Origin: Candidatus Limnocylindria bacterium
Lineage (GTDB): Bacteria > Chloroflexota > Limnocylindria > P2-11E
Direction: 5' to 3'
Assembly (NCBI GenBank): GCA_036394215.1
Contig: DASWFN010000072.1
Coordinates: 1 to 40,021 of the forward strand
DNA length: 40,021 nucleotides
The translations under genes and the position numbers were made by a program. The notes beneath the pieces are model-generated. The model did no database searches and was not told where the DNA came from. It saw nothing but the letters and a program-made list of their open reading frames with translations. Positions 1 to 8,451 of the stretch are shown piece after piece. Position 1 is the first letter of the stretch. Each line of letters opens with the position of its first letter.

Positions 1-401
1 AGTGGGCCTCGAGCCCGGCGTTCGCGACGAGGGACGCGCGGCTCGCGGCATCGGCGGACCTCGACCGGCACATCGGCGAGTGGGCCGCCGGCCATCGTCC
101 GGCCGACCTGATGCGCCTGCTGCAGCGCGAGGGGGTACGCGCGGGCGCGATCCAGAACGCCGAAGATGTCTTCAACGATCCGCACCTTCGCGCGCGTGGC
201 CACATCGTCACGACGCCGAACCCCGCGGGCGGAGCGCCCCTCGAGGTCGAGGGGATGACCGCCCGCTTCTCGGGGAGCGTCTGCCATGACGACGCACCGG
301 CGCCCCAGATCGGAGAACACAACGCCGCCGTGTTCGGCGGGCTGCTCGGCCTCACCGCGGAGAAGATCAAGGAGCTCGAGGAGGCCAAGGTCATCTACTA
401 G
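1..401 (+). CDS. Family III (CaiB/BaiF-type) CoA-transferase, C-terminal fragment; 5' end lies outside the window
   Basis: Frame 3 is open from the window edge. The translation ...HIGEWAAGHRPADLMRLLQREGVRAGAIQNAEDVFNDPHLRARGH...PQIGEHN... matches the C-terminal lobe pattern of family III CoA-transferases. The same pattern (DDPQIKHRGMI, APAVGADT) occurs in the paralog at 2383..3528. Confidence 0.8.
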   Translation, partial: WASSPAFATRDARLAASADLDRHIGEWAAGHRPADLMRLLQREGVRAGAIQNAEDVFNDPHLRARGHIVTTPNPAGGAPLEVEGMTARFSGSVCHDDAPAPQIGEHNAAVFGGLLGLTAEKIKELEEAKVIY

Positions 402-504
402 GACCGTCTCGCGGGCGAATGCGCGTAGGGAGAAGACGCATGGTCGGTGCAGCACCCACGGACAGCCCGGCGACGTGACGATCAGCGTGGCCCGCTGACC
501 GCCG

Positions 505-1455
505 ATGCGCGCGTATCTCATTCGTCGAGCGGTCCTCATGGTCCCGGTCTTCTGGGGCGTGACGCTGTTCGTGTTCCTGGCGATCCGCATCGTGCCGGGC
601 GACGTGATCATGTCGCAGATGACCGAGGGCGGGGTCGTGGATCCCGCTCTGCGCGAGCAGCTGACCCGCGAGCTCGGTCTCGACGTTCCGGTCCACGAGC
701 AGTACCTCCGCTGGATCGCCGGCGTCGTGCATGGCGATCTCGGTCTGAGCCTGGTCAGCCGCACGCCGGTCGCGAACGAGATCACGAGGCGCGTTCCGAT
801 CAGCGCCGAGCTGGCGGCCATCGCCGTGATCATCGCGCTGCTCATCGGCATCCCCTTGGGGATCGCGGCCGCGGTGAAGCGCGACACCTGGATCGATTAC
901 GTCGCGCGGTTCTCCAGCGTCGTCTGGCTGTCCGTACCGAGCTTCGTCATCGCCACCTCGGTGGTGATGCTCCCCGCCATGTGGTGGGGCTACTCCGCGC
1001 CACTCGGGTTCGTCAGCGTCGCGGATGATCCGGTACACAATCTCGAGAAGTTCCTGCCGGCCGCGTTCGCCCTCGGGGCGCTGCTGTCGGGCGTGATCAC
1101 GCGGCTGACGCGCTCGATGATGCTCGAGACGCTGCGTGAGGACTACGTCCGGACCGCGCGGGCGAAGGGCCTCGGGAGCCGGGTCGTGGTCGTGCGCCAC
1201 GCGCTGAAGAACGCGCTCATCCCGGTCATCACGATCACCGGCGACCAGTTCGCCACGCTGCTCGGTGGCACCGTGATCATCGAGAAGATCTACGGCATAC
1301 CGGGCCTCGGGACGCTCGCGCTCCAGTCCCTGATGGACAAGGACTACACGGTCCTGCAGGGCGTGACGCTGTTCTTCGCGGCGGTGTTCCTGATCATGAA
1401 CCTGCTCGTCGACGTCACCTACGGCTGGTTCGATCCCCGGATCCGGTACTCGTAG
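505..1455 (+). CDS. ABC transporter permease, Opp/Dpp family (DppB/OppB-like)
   Basis: 316 aa with multiple TM segments and the characteristic motifs DYVRTARAKGL and RHALKNALIPVIT. About 60% identical by eye to the paralog at 16452..17399. Confidence 0.9.
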   Translation: MRAYLIRRAVLMVPVFWGVTLFVFLAIRIVPGDVIMSQMTEGGVVDPALREQLTRELGLDVPVHEQYLRWIAGVVHGDLGLSLVSRTPVANEITRRVPISAELAAIAVIIALLIGIPLGIAAAVKRDTWIDYVARFSSVVWLSVPSFVIATSVVMLPAMWWGYSAPLGFVSVADDPVHNLEKFLPAAFALGALLSGVITRLTRSMMLETLREDYVRTARAKGLGSRVVVVRHALKNALIPVITITGDQFATLLGGTVIIEKIYGIPGLGTLALQSLMDKDYTVLQGVTLFFAAVFLIMNLLVDVTYGWFDPRIRYS

Positions 1456-2366
1456 TGGCCCAGACCGACGCGCGGGTGAGGCCGGCGATCCTCGCGGCGC
1501 CCCGGGTGCACCGGGCCGGGTGGCTCCGACTGGCACGCCGGAACCCGATCGGCGCGATCGCGGCGGCGTTCATCCTCTTCGTGGTCGTGATAGCCGTGCT
1601 TGCCGATGTCATCGCGCCGCACTCGCCGCTCCAGATCTTCGGCGGCATGCGCCTCGCCGCGTCCGGGACGGTCGCTCCCGACGGCCGGCCGTACCTCTTC
1701 GGCGGGGACGAGATCGGGCGCGACCTCGCCGCGCGCGTGATCTACGGAGCGCGCATCTCGCTGACGGTCGGCGTGCTCGCGGTGGGTATCGGGACGGTGC
1801 TCGGATCCGCGCTGGGCCTGGTGAGCGGCTACTTCGCTGGCAGGCTCGACCTCATCATCCAGCGGTTCTCCGACGCGCAGCAGGCCATCCCGGGCCTCCT
1901 GTTGGCGATGCTGCTCATCTCCGTGCTGCAGCCGAGCATCTGGGTCGTCGTGATCGCCGTCGGGATCACGCAGGTACCGCGGACGAACCGCATCGTGCGC
2001 GGCGCCACCCTCTCCACGCGCGCGAACGAATATGTCGAAGCCGCGCGGGCGATCGGCGCGAGCACGCCGCGCATCCTCCTCCGGCACATCCTGCCGAACG
2101 TCACGGCGCCGATCATCATCCTCGCGACCACGAGCCTCGGCGGAGCCATCATCGTCGAGGCATCGCTGAGCTTCCTCGGCGTCGGCGTTCCGCCGCCGGA
2201 CCCGTCCTGGGGCGGCATGATCAGCCAGGGCGGCCGGCAGTTCATGTTCCGCAACCCGATGCTCCTGATCGCGCCGGCCAGCTTTCTCGCGCTGACGGTG
2301 CTCTCTTTCAACATGGCCGGTGACGCACTTCGCGACATCTGGGATCCAAGACTGCGCGGGCGATAG
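1455..2366 (+). CDS. ABC transporter permease, Opp/Dpp family (DppC/OppC-like)
   Basis: 303 aa. The GTG start overlaps the upstream TAG by 1 nt (taGTG). Motifs EYVEAARAIGAS, ILPNV and SFLGVGVPPPDPSWG are present. Paralog at 17400..18332. Confidence 0.9.
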   Translation: MAQTDARVRPAILAAPRVHRAGWLRLARRNPIGAIAAAFILFVVVIAVLADVIAPHSPLQIFGGMRLAASGTVAPDGRPYLFGGDEIGRDLAARVIYGARISLTVGVLAVGIGTVLGSALGLVSGYFAGRLDLIIQRFSDAQQAIPGLLLAMLLISVLQPSIWVVVIAVGITQVPRTNRIVRGATLSTRANEYVEAARAIGASTPRILLRHILPNVTAPIIILATTSLGGAIIVEASLSFLGVGVPPPDPSWGGMISQGGRQFMFRNPMLLIAPASFLALTVLSFNMAGDALRDIWDPRLRGR

Positions 2367-2382
2367 GAAGGGAAACGTCACG

Positions 2383-3528
2383 ATGCTGCTCGAGGGTTAC
2401 CGCGTGCTCGATCTCACCCAGGGCCGTCCGCCCGGCGCGACGTGCACGCACATGCTGGCGGACCTGGGGATGGAGGTCATCCGTGTCGATCTCGCCGAGG
2501 GTGAGGGCGCGGGGTTCCTGCACGGCGGACGGGACCTGGCGTTCGACTCGGCGAACCGCAACAAGCGGAGCATCGCCATCAATCTGAAGACCGACGAGGG
2601 GAAGAAGATCTTCTACAAGCTCGTCGCGTCCGCCGACGCGGTCCTCGAAGGCGCCCGGCCCGGGTCGGCGAAGCGGCTCGGCGTCGACTACGACACCCTC
2701 AAGCAGATCAACAAGAAGCTCGTCTACTGCAGCATCAGCGCCTTCGGCCAGGACGGCCCGTATGCGCTCGTCGGCGCGCACGACACCGAGGCCGCCGCCA
2801 TGCGCGGCGCGTTCGGTCACACCGACGGCTCGGTCATGACCCCGAGCTACTTCGGGGTCCTCGTTGGCGACATGGGCGGCGGCCTGCACGGCGCGATCGG
2901 CATCGTCGCGGGCATTCTCGCGGCTTCGAAGCGCGGCGAAGGCTGCTACATCGACATCGCCCTCGCCGATGCGGTCAGCACGTTCAATCTCGGCAAGCTG
3001 CAATCGGTCCTGACCACGGGGAAGTCCTACGTCACGTCTCATATGGACCGCGCGTTCCTGAAGTGCAAGGACGGGAAGTTCATCGCGCAGGCGAACGTCG
3101 AGCCGCACAACTGGGCGCGTTTCTGCGAGGCCGTCGGGCTTCCGGGTCTGCTCGGGTTACCGAAGGCGGATCCCCAGACCCGCGAGCGGATGATCGAGGA
3201 GCTCCGCGCGATGATGCTCACGAAGACCCGCGACGAGTGGTTCGACGTCATCTCCAAGAGCGGCGCGACGGTCGCCGCCTGCAAGGAGCTCGAGGAGCTG
3301 CCCGACGATCCCCAGATCAAGCATCGCGGGATGATCTGGGAGCTGGATCATCCGACCGAGGGGAAGGTCCGGCAGTGGGGCTTCCCGATCCTGGTCAAGG
3401 GTGAAGAGGCCGGCGTGCGCACGTACGCCCCGGCCGTCGGCGCGGACACCCTCACGATCCTCGGCGAGCTCGGCTACAGCCACGAAGAGACCGAAGCGTT
3501 CCGCGCCGCGGGCGCGGTGAACCGATGA
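2383..3528 (+). CDS. Family III CoA-transferase (CaiB/BaiF family)
   Basis: N-terminus MLLEGYRVLDLTQG... is typical of this family. I chose the ATG at 2383, which follows GAAGGGA, over the ORF-track start at 2320. Contains a rare in-frame TTA codon at 3157..3159. Confidence 0.85.
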   Translation: MLLEGYRVLDLTQGRPPGATCTHMLADLGMEVIRVDLAEGEGAGFLHGGRDLAFDSANRNKRSIAINLKTDEGKKIFYKLVASADAVLEGARPGSAKRLGVDYDTLKQINKKLVYCSISAFGQDGPYALVGAHDTEAAAMRGAFGHTDGSVMTPSYFGVLVGDMGGGLHGAIGIVAGILAASKRGEGCYIDIALADAVSTFNLGKLQSVLTTGKSYVTSHMDRAFLKCKDGKFIAQANVEPHNWARFCEAVGLPGLLGLPKADPQTRERMIEELRAMMLTKTRDEWFDVISKSGATVAACKELEELPDDPQIKHRGMIWELDHPTEGKVRQWGFPILVKGEEAGVRTYAPAVGADTLTILGELGYSHEETEAFRAAGAVNR

Positions 3529-3542
3529 GCGGGAGGAATGGG

Positions 3543-5177
3543 ATGAAGATGCAGCGTCGCGAGTTCCTGCGGGTCGTCGCGGTCGGTGGCGGAGCGGCGT
3601 TCATCGTCGCCTGCGCCCCCGGCGTCATCTCGCCGAGCGCCGAGCCGAGCCAAACGAGCCAGGCCGGGGGCCGACCGCTCTCGCCCGCGGGCGGCGCGCC
3701 GAAGCGAGGCGGGATGCTGCGCGCGCGCGGGACGCAGCTCGTGCACCTCGACACCACGATCAGCCAGGTCGGTCCCGAGCTCGGCCTCGTCTACAGCCGG
3801 CTCCTGAACGAGCGGGCCGACTTCTACGAGGACACGGTGAAGGTGCCGGGCCTCATCGAGAAGTGGGAGGTCTCGGCCGACGGCCTCGTGTACACGCTCC
3901 ACGTCCGCAGCGGCGTGAAGTGGCACAACGTGGCTCCGGTCAACGGCCGGCCGTTCACCGCGAGCGACGTCGCGTGGAACATCGACTACTACTCGAAGAG
4001 CAGCATCCGAGCAAGCAACTTCGCGGCGATCGACCACTACGAGGTGGTCGATCCGCTCACCATCAAGATCTACCTGAAGTACGTCTTCGCGCCGTTCATG
4101 GACTCGATCAGCTACCAGCACATCGGCATGGTCCCGCGTGAGGTCTTCGAGGCGGACGGGAACTTCCGTCAGCGCGCCATCGGAACGGGACCGTTCATGT
4201 GGGACGTCTGGCAGAAGGACTCGCTCATCAGGCTCAAGGCGAATCCGGACTACTGGGAGCTCGGGGCGGATGGGAAGCCGCTGCCGTACGTGAGCGCACT
4301 CGAGTTCAGCATCCTCGGCGATGACGCGTCCGCTCAGGCGGCGTTCCGTTCCGGGAAGCTCGACATGATCGGCGGCAACCTCTCGGACATGAAGGCCCTG
4401 AAGGCCGCGCAGCCGGGGATCCTCGCGGAAGATGGCTTCCGCGCGAACGCGATCTGGCTGCAGATGAACATGCGGGTGAAGCCCTGGGACGACGTGCGCG
4501 TTCGGCAGGCGGCGAGCCTCGCGATCGATCAGCAGGAGATCATCTCGTCGCACCTGGACGGCGACAGCATCGCATCCGGGCTCATCCCGTCGTCGCTCCG
4601 GGACTTCGCCTGGCAGCCCGATGAGGTCCTCAAGCGATATCCCCAGAACATCGCCAAGGCCAAGCAGCTGCTGGCCGATGCCGGGCAGACCGGCCTCAAG
4701 GTCGATCTCAGCCTGTACACGGGACCGAACGACGCCGCGGGTGCGCAGATCGTGCAGCGCAACATGAACGCCGCGGGATTCGACGTGACGATCAAGACCG
4801 TCCCGACGCTTTCGGTCGGACAGGAGATCGTGCGCAACCGGACCTATCAGCTCGTCTTCTTCACGGCGAGCAGCAGCTTCGAGGTCGACGATTGGACCTA
4901 TCTGTTCTGGCACAGCAAGGGCGGCCGTAACCTGCAGGGCTACTCGAGCCCGGAGATGGATCGGCTGACCGAGGCGCAGCGCTCGGCGACGGACCCGGCG
5001 AAGCGCAAGGCGCTGATCGGCCAGATCCAGGATCTGATGCTGAAGGACATGGTGGCCGCCCCGCTGGCCCACATCTCCCGGCAGCACTACCTGCTCAACC
5101 CGGTGGTGAAGAACTTCAAGACATTCCATTGGGTGCTGGCCTGGCCGCACCTGAAGGACGCCTGGGTGGATCGCTAG
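3543..5177 (+). CDS. ABC transporter substrate-binding lipoprotein, family 5 (peptide/nickel/opine-type SBP)
   Basis: N-terminus MKMQRREFLRVVAVGGGAAFIVAC has a twin-arginine motif plus a lipobox. The family-5 SBP body includes PKRGG..., GTGPFMW and NPDYWE. A GGGAGGA RBS lies 5 nt upstream of the ATG at 3543. Only distantly related to the other two SBPs. Confidence 0.9.
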   Translation: MKMQRREFLRVVAVGGGAAFIVACAPGVISPSAEPSQTSQAGGRPLSPAGGAPKRGGMLRARGTQLVHLDTTISQVGPELGLVYSRLLNERADFYEDTVKVPGLIEKWEVSADGLVYTLHVRSGVKWHNVAPVNGRPFTASDVAWNIDYYSKSSIRASNFAAIDHYEVVDPLTIKIYLKYVFAPFMDSISYQHIGMVPREVFEADGNFRQRAIGTGPFMWDVWQKDSLIRLKANPDYWELGADGKPLPYVSALEFSILGDDASAQAAFRSGKLDMIGGNLSDMKALKAAQPGILAEDGFRANAIWLQMNMRVKPWDDVRVRQAASLAIDQQEIISSHLDGDSIASGLIPSSLRDFAWQPDEVLKRYPQNIAKAKQLLADAGQTGLKVDLSLYTGPNDAAGAQIVQRNMNAAGFDVTIKTVPTLSVGQEIVRNRTYQLVFFTASSSFEVDDWTYLFWHSKGGRNLQGYSSPEMDRLTEAQRSATDPAKRKALIGQIQDLMLKDMVAAPLAHISRQHYLLNPVVKNFKTFHWVLAWPHLKDAWVDR

Positions 5178-5178
5178 C

Positions 5179-6501
5179 GTGCAGCTCTTCCGCGCGCTCG
5201 CCTACCGCGATTTCCGGCTGCTCTGGGCGGGGCTCGCGGCCGCGAGCACCGGCATGTACATGCAGCAATTCGTGCTGGGCTGGTACGTCGTCCAGCTCGC
5301 GCAGCGGGAGGGCGTGCCCGAACGCGCTCCGCTCTACCTCGGCATCGTCGGATTCGCGGCCATCGTCCCGGGCATCGGGGCCGGCCTGTTCGCCGGGGTG
5401 ATCGCGGACCGCTACGACCGCAGGAAGATCCTCCTCGCGGTCCACGTGGCGATGACCGTCCTGTCGCTCGGGCTCGCGGCGCTCGTGATGGCCGACCGCG
5501 CCAGCCTCCCCTTCGTCGCGCTCCTGTCCGGACTGTCGGCGGGCGCGTTCGCGTTCGACATCCCGACGCGCCAGGCCCTGGTGCCGCGCCTGGTCCGCCC
5601 CGACGTGCTCATGAGCGCGATCGGACTGAACTACGCGGCGATCACCGGCACCCAGTTCATCGGCCCCCTCATCGGCGGCCTGCTCCTCGGACCCATCGGC
5701 GTCGGCGGCGTCCTCGTCGTGACCGCCGCGATGCGGCTCACCATCATCGGTGCGCTCCTCGCGATGAGCCGGCAGCCCGTCGAGGCCCGCGCGCGGCGGA
5801 ACATCCTGTCGTCGCTCATCGAGGGCGTGACCTACGCGTACCGCGACGCCGTCATCTGGGGCCTCGTCGTCCTGTTCGCGATCACCGCGGTCGGTCGCGG
5901 CTTCCAGCAATTCCTTCCCGCCGTCGCCGCGCAGACGCTGCACGTCGGGTCCACCGAGCTCTCGTGGATGCTCGCGAGCGCCGGGCTGGGGTCGCTCGTG
6001 GGCTCGGTCATCACGGCGTCCCTCGGCGACCTCCGGCGGCGAGGGCTCCTGTTCCTGGTCCTCCTGCTCGCCGGGAGCCTGCTGAGCGTGCTCTTCGCGC
6101 TCCAGCAGAGCCTCGTCCCCATGCTCCTGATCCTGCCGGTCAGTACGGCCGTGAGCCAGGTCGCCCTTGCCCTCACCGTCGGGTCGCTCCAGGTCCGCGC
6201 ATCCGACGAATACCGCGGCCGTGTCATCGGCGTCCATCTCATGTCCGTCCAGGTGGCCGGCCCGCTGGGGCTGCTCGTCCTCGGGTCGCTGGGGACCGCG
6301 ATCGGGGTCTCCGAGGCCATCGGGCTCGTCGGCGCCCTGACCGCGGTCATCGCGGGCGCGGCACTCGTTGGATCGGCGGCGCTCCGCTCGTACTCCACCG
6401 CCGCGGTGCCCGTCGCCGACGGGCTGGTGGGCCTGACGGTGCCGCCGGCCCGGGTCGTCGTCCGCGGGAAGGATCGAGGGCGGGCCGGCCCGTTCTTGTA
6501 G
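5179..6501 (+). CDS. MFS transporter (EntS/MFS_3-like, 12-TM type)
   Basis: 440 aa and hydrophobic throughout. N-terminus FRALAYRDFRLLWAG and the loop motif IADRYDRRKILL are typical of this MFS subfamily. Starts 1 nt after the SBP stop codon. Paralog at 19581..20909. Confidence 0.85.
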   Translation: MQLFRALAYRDFRLLWAGLAAASTGMYMQQFVLGWYVVQLAQREGVPERAPLYLGIVGFAAIVPGIGAGLFAGVIADRYDRRKILLAVHVAMTVLSLGLAALVMADRASLPFVALLSGLSAGAFAFDIPTRQALVPRLVRPDVLMSAIGLNYAAITGTQFIGPLIGGLLLGPIGVGGVLVVTAAMRLTIIGALLAMSRQPVEARARRNILSSLIEGVTYAYRDAVIWGLVVLFAITAVGRGFQQFLPAVAAQTLHVGSTELSWMLASAGLGSLVGSVITASLGDLRRRGLLFLVLLLAGSLLSVLFALQQSLVPMLLILPVSTAVSQVALALTVGSLQVRASDEYRGRVIGVHLMSVQVAGPLGLLVLGSLGTAIGVSEAIGLVGALTAVIAGAALVGSAALRSYSTAAVPVADGLVGLTVPPARVVVRGKDRGRAGPFL

Positions 6502-6532
6502 TTCGAGCGAATTCGAACGATGCTGCTAGGCT
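6499..6532 (+). promoter_or_regulatory. Palindromic 8-6-8 box TAGTTCGAGCGAATTCGAACGA followed by a TAGGCT -10-like hexamer (6527..6532)
   Basis: The arms TAGTTCGA and TCGAACGA are 7/8 complementary. The first 21 nt are identical to the box at 16408..16428. The box lies upstream of the crotonase gene, whose GGGGGAGGA RBS precedes the ATG at 6587. Confidence 0.45.
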
Positions 6533-6586
6533 GGCCGCGCTCGCGGCCCGGCGCGCCGCCGATGAGGGCGGGGGAGGAAGACACGA

Positions 6587-7405
6587 ATGCGTACCGAGTT
6601 CGAGACCCTGAAGGTGGACGTCGCGGATGGGGTCGCCGACATCGTGCTCGATCGACCGGAGCAGCGGAACGCGATGTCCCATCAAATGGAAGCCGACATC
6701 GACCTGGCGCTCGATGAGGCCGAGACCGACAAGTCCATCCGCGCGACGACGCTCCGCGGCGCCGGCAAGATCTTCTCCGCGGGACACGATCTCAAGGAGG
6801 AGTTCTTCGGCAAGAAGTTCTCGTCCGTCCCGGATCCGGACCTCGTGCCGTCTCGCGCACCGCACCTCCCGCGCGCGTGGTACTTCCGCAAGCCGTTGAT
6901 CGCGGGCGTGCACGGCTACCTCGGCCCGGCCGCGTTCTCCCTCGTGTCGTGCGCGGACTTCATCATCGCGGCCGAGGGCACGCGGTTCAGCCTCGAGGTG
7001 TTCAAGGGCGTCGCGCCGTCCTACCGCTGGCTCCCGCTGTACCAGCAGCTCCCGATGCGCGTCATCGAGAAGCTGTTCCTCCTGGGCGGTTGGATGGACG
7101 CGGAGGAGGCGCTCCAGTTCCAGTTCGTACAGCGGGTCGTGCCGCTCGAGCAGCTCGAGGCGGAGACGAAGCGCTGGGCCCGCAACTGCGCGAACGTGCC
7201 GAACTTCGCGAGCGCGAAGTGGGGGATCCGCCGGGTCTACGAGATCATGGGAACGAGCTGGATGCTCCAGCTCGATCCATTCGTGAGGAAGACGCCTCCG
7301 GCGACGGAGGAGACGCCGTTCGCCAAGACGCTGCGCGAGAAGGGGATGGCCGCGGCCGTCGCCGAGCGTGACGCGATGTTCGACGACGACGTCACCAAGG
7401 TCTGA
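6587..7405 (+). CDS. Enoyl-CoA hydratase/isomerase (crotonase superfamily)
   Basis: 272 aa. VADIVLDRPEQRNAM and GAGKIFSAGHDLKE fit the crotonase N-terminal and oxyanion-hole region pattern. Confidence 0.85.
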   Translation: MRTEFETLKVDVADGVADIVLDRPEQRNAMSHQMEADIDLALDEAETDKSIRATTLRGAGKIFSAGHDLKEEFFGKKFSSVPDPDLVPSRAPHLPRAWYFRKPLIAGVHGYLGPAAFSLVSCADFIIAAEGTRFSLEVFKGVAPSYRWLPLYQQLPMRVIEKLFLLGGWMDAEEALQFQFVQRVVPLEQLEAETKRWARNCANVPNFASAKWGIRRVYEIMGTSWMLQLDPFVRKTPPATEETPFAKTLREKGMAAAVAERDAMFDDDVTKV

Positions 7406-7420
7406 TCCGCGGCCCGATCG

Positions 7421-7864
7421 TCAGCGCGAGGGCAGCGTGACCACGACCGGCGACGGGGCGACGCACACCCCGCGCTGGTGCTCGGCCAGGAGCTCGAGCT
7501 CGACGTAGCCGAGGCCGCCCTCCTGCCACTTCCGCTTCACGGTCCCGCGCGTCACGACCGTGTCGCCGGGACAGCTGAAGGTCCGGATGCGCACCGGGCC
7601 GACCCGCCGGATACGGCCGTCGAGCCCGATGTACTCGCGCACCGTCCGTTCGAGCCACCCCTGGATCACCGTGTTGTTCGCGTACATGTCCGGCGCCCCG
7701 GTCCCCTGCGCGAACCGGGTGTTGTGGTGGATCGGATGGAACTGCCACACCGCCGCCGCGTACTCGATCAGGCGCTCGACGGTGATGTTGAACGTGATCG
7801 AGGGGATCTCGTCCCCGACCTGCACGTCCTCGAATCGGCGCTGGATGCTCCAGTCCATCGTCAA
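7421..7864 (-). CDS. MaoC-like (R)-specific enoyl-CoA hydratase/dehydratase, hot-dog fold subunit
   Basis: 147 aa. The segment ...WQFHPIHHNTRFAQGTGAPDMYANNTVIQGW... resembles the MaoC dehydratase active-site motif. Its start overlaps the upstream gene by 4 nt. Confidence 0.8.
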   Translation of the reverse strand: MTMDWSIQRRFEDVQVGDEIPSITFNITVERLIEYAAAVWQFHPIHHNTRFAQGTGAPDMYANNTVIQGWLERTVREYIGLDGRIRRVGPVRIRTFSCPGDTVVTRGTVKRKWQEGGLGYVELELLAEHQRGVCVAPSPVVVTLPSR

Positions 7865-8448
7865 CCCCCCGCCGTCGTCGGGTTGTAGTGGAACCCGCCG
7901 GCGTTCAGCGTCGCGATGAGCCGGCCGGTCTGGTCGATGATCTCGTGCTGCCAGACCACGAACGCACCCTCGCCCACGCTCGTGCGCTTCGGCGTCACCG
8001 AGATGAGCTTCCGCCCGCGGACGCTCAGCCGATCGCCGACGTACGCCTCGCCGTGGTACTCGACCTCGATGTCGGTGATGAAGAAGGCCGTTGTCTTGGG
8101 CATCGGTATCTCGGGCGCGGGCGGGCGCGCGGGCTGGTGCCGGCGCCCGGCGGCGAAGTCGTCGGGCTCGGCGTTCGGGTAGCGCGTGGGATCGCCGGGG
8201 CGCCAGAGCGCCGGGTACGCGAAGTACCGCATGCCGCTGAGCGGCGCGAAGACCCCCTGGTAGCCGTGCTGCCGGGCGACGTCGTCGTCGTAGAAGAGCG
8301 GGCAGTCCATCTCGAGGGGCTCGCAGTAGCGGCGGATGAGGCTCCCCTCGATCGGATCGATGGCCTCATCGACCGCGCCGCCTGAGAAGTCCTGGCCGAT
8401 GACGGCCGCGAGATCGTCCCAGGTGAACTCGCGGGCGTGGGCCGCCAC
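7861..8448 (-). CDS. MaoC_N/FAS1-like hot-dog protein, probable partner subunit of a heteromeric hydratase
   Basis: 195 aa. The pattern ...IRRYCEPLEMDCPLFYDDDVARQHGYQGVFAPL... resembles N-terminal hot-dog domains (HadA/ChsH-type partners). It is translationally coupled to 7421..7864. Confidence 0.65.
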   Translation of the reverse strand: MAAHAREFTWDDLAAVIGQDFSGGAVDEAIDPIEGSLIRRYCEPLEMDCPLFYDDDVARQHGYQGVFAPLSGMRYFAYPALWRPGDPTRYPNAEPDDFAAGRRHQPARPPAPEIPMPKTTAFFITDIEVEYHGEAYVGDRLSVRGRKLISVTPKRTSVGEGAFVVWQHEIIDQTGRLIATLNAGGFHYNPTTAGG

Positions 8449-8451
8449 CAG

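Noticed and set aside
391-1536. Long antisense ORFs opposite real genes throughout the window. Examples: 391..1536 (-), 1419..2381 (-), 3474..5150 (-), 5116..6237 (-), 11461..12885 (+), 12882..15449 (-), 16868..18517 (+), 22541..24580 (-), 22921..24654 (+), 31369..32982 (-), 33910..35796 (+) and 36004..37827 (+).
   Set aside because: Their translations are Arg/Pro/Gly/Asp-rich low-complexity strings typical of shadow frames in roughly 70% GC DNA. Each lies opposite or out of frame to an ORF with clear family signatures.
6532-6548. The hairpin GGCCGCG-ctc-CGCGGCC in the crotonase leader, considered as a terminator or attenuator.
   Set aside because: No T-tract follows. Short GC palindromes of this kind are expected by chance in DNA this GC-rich.
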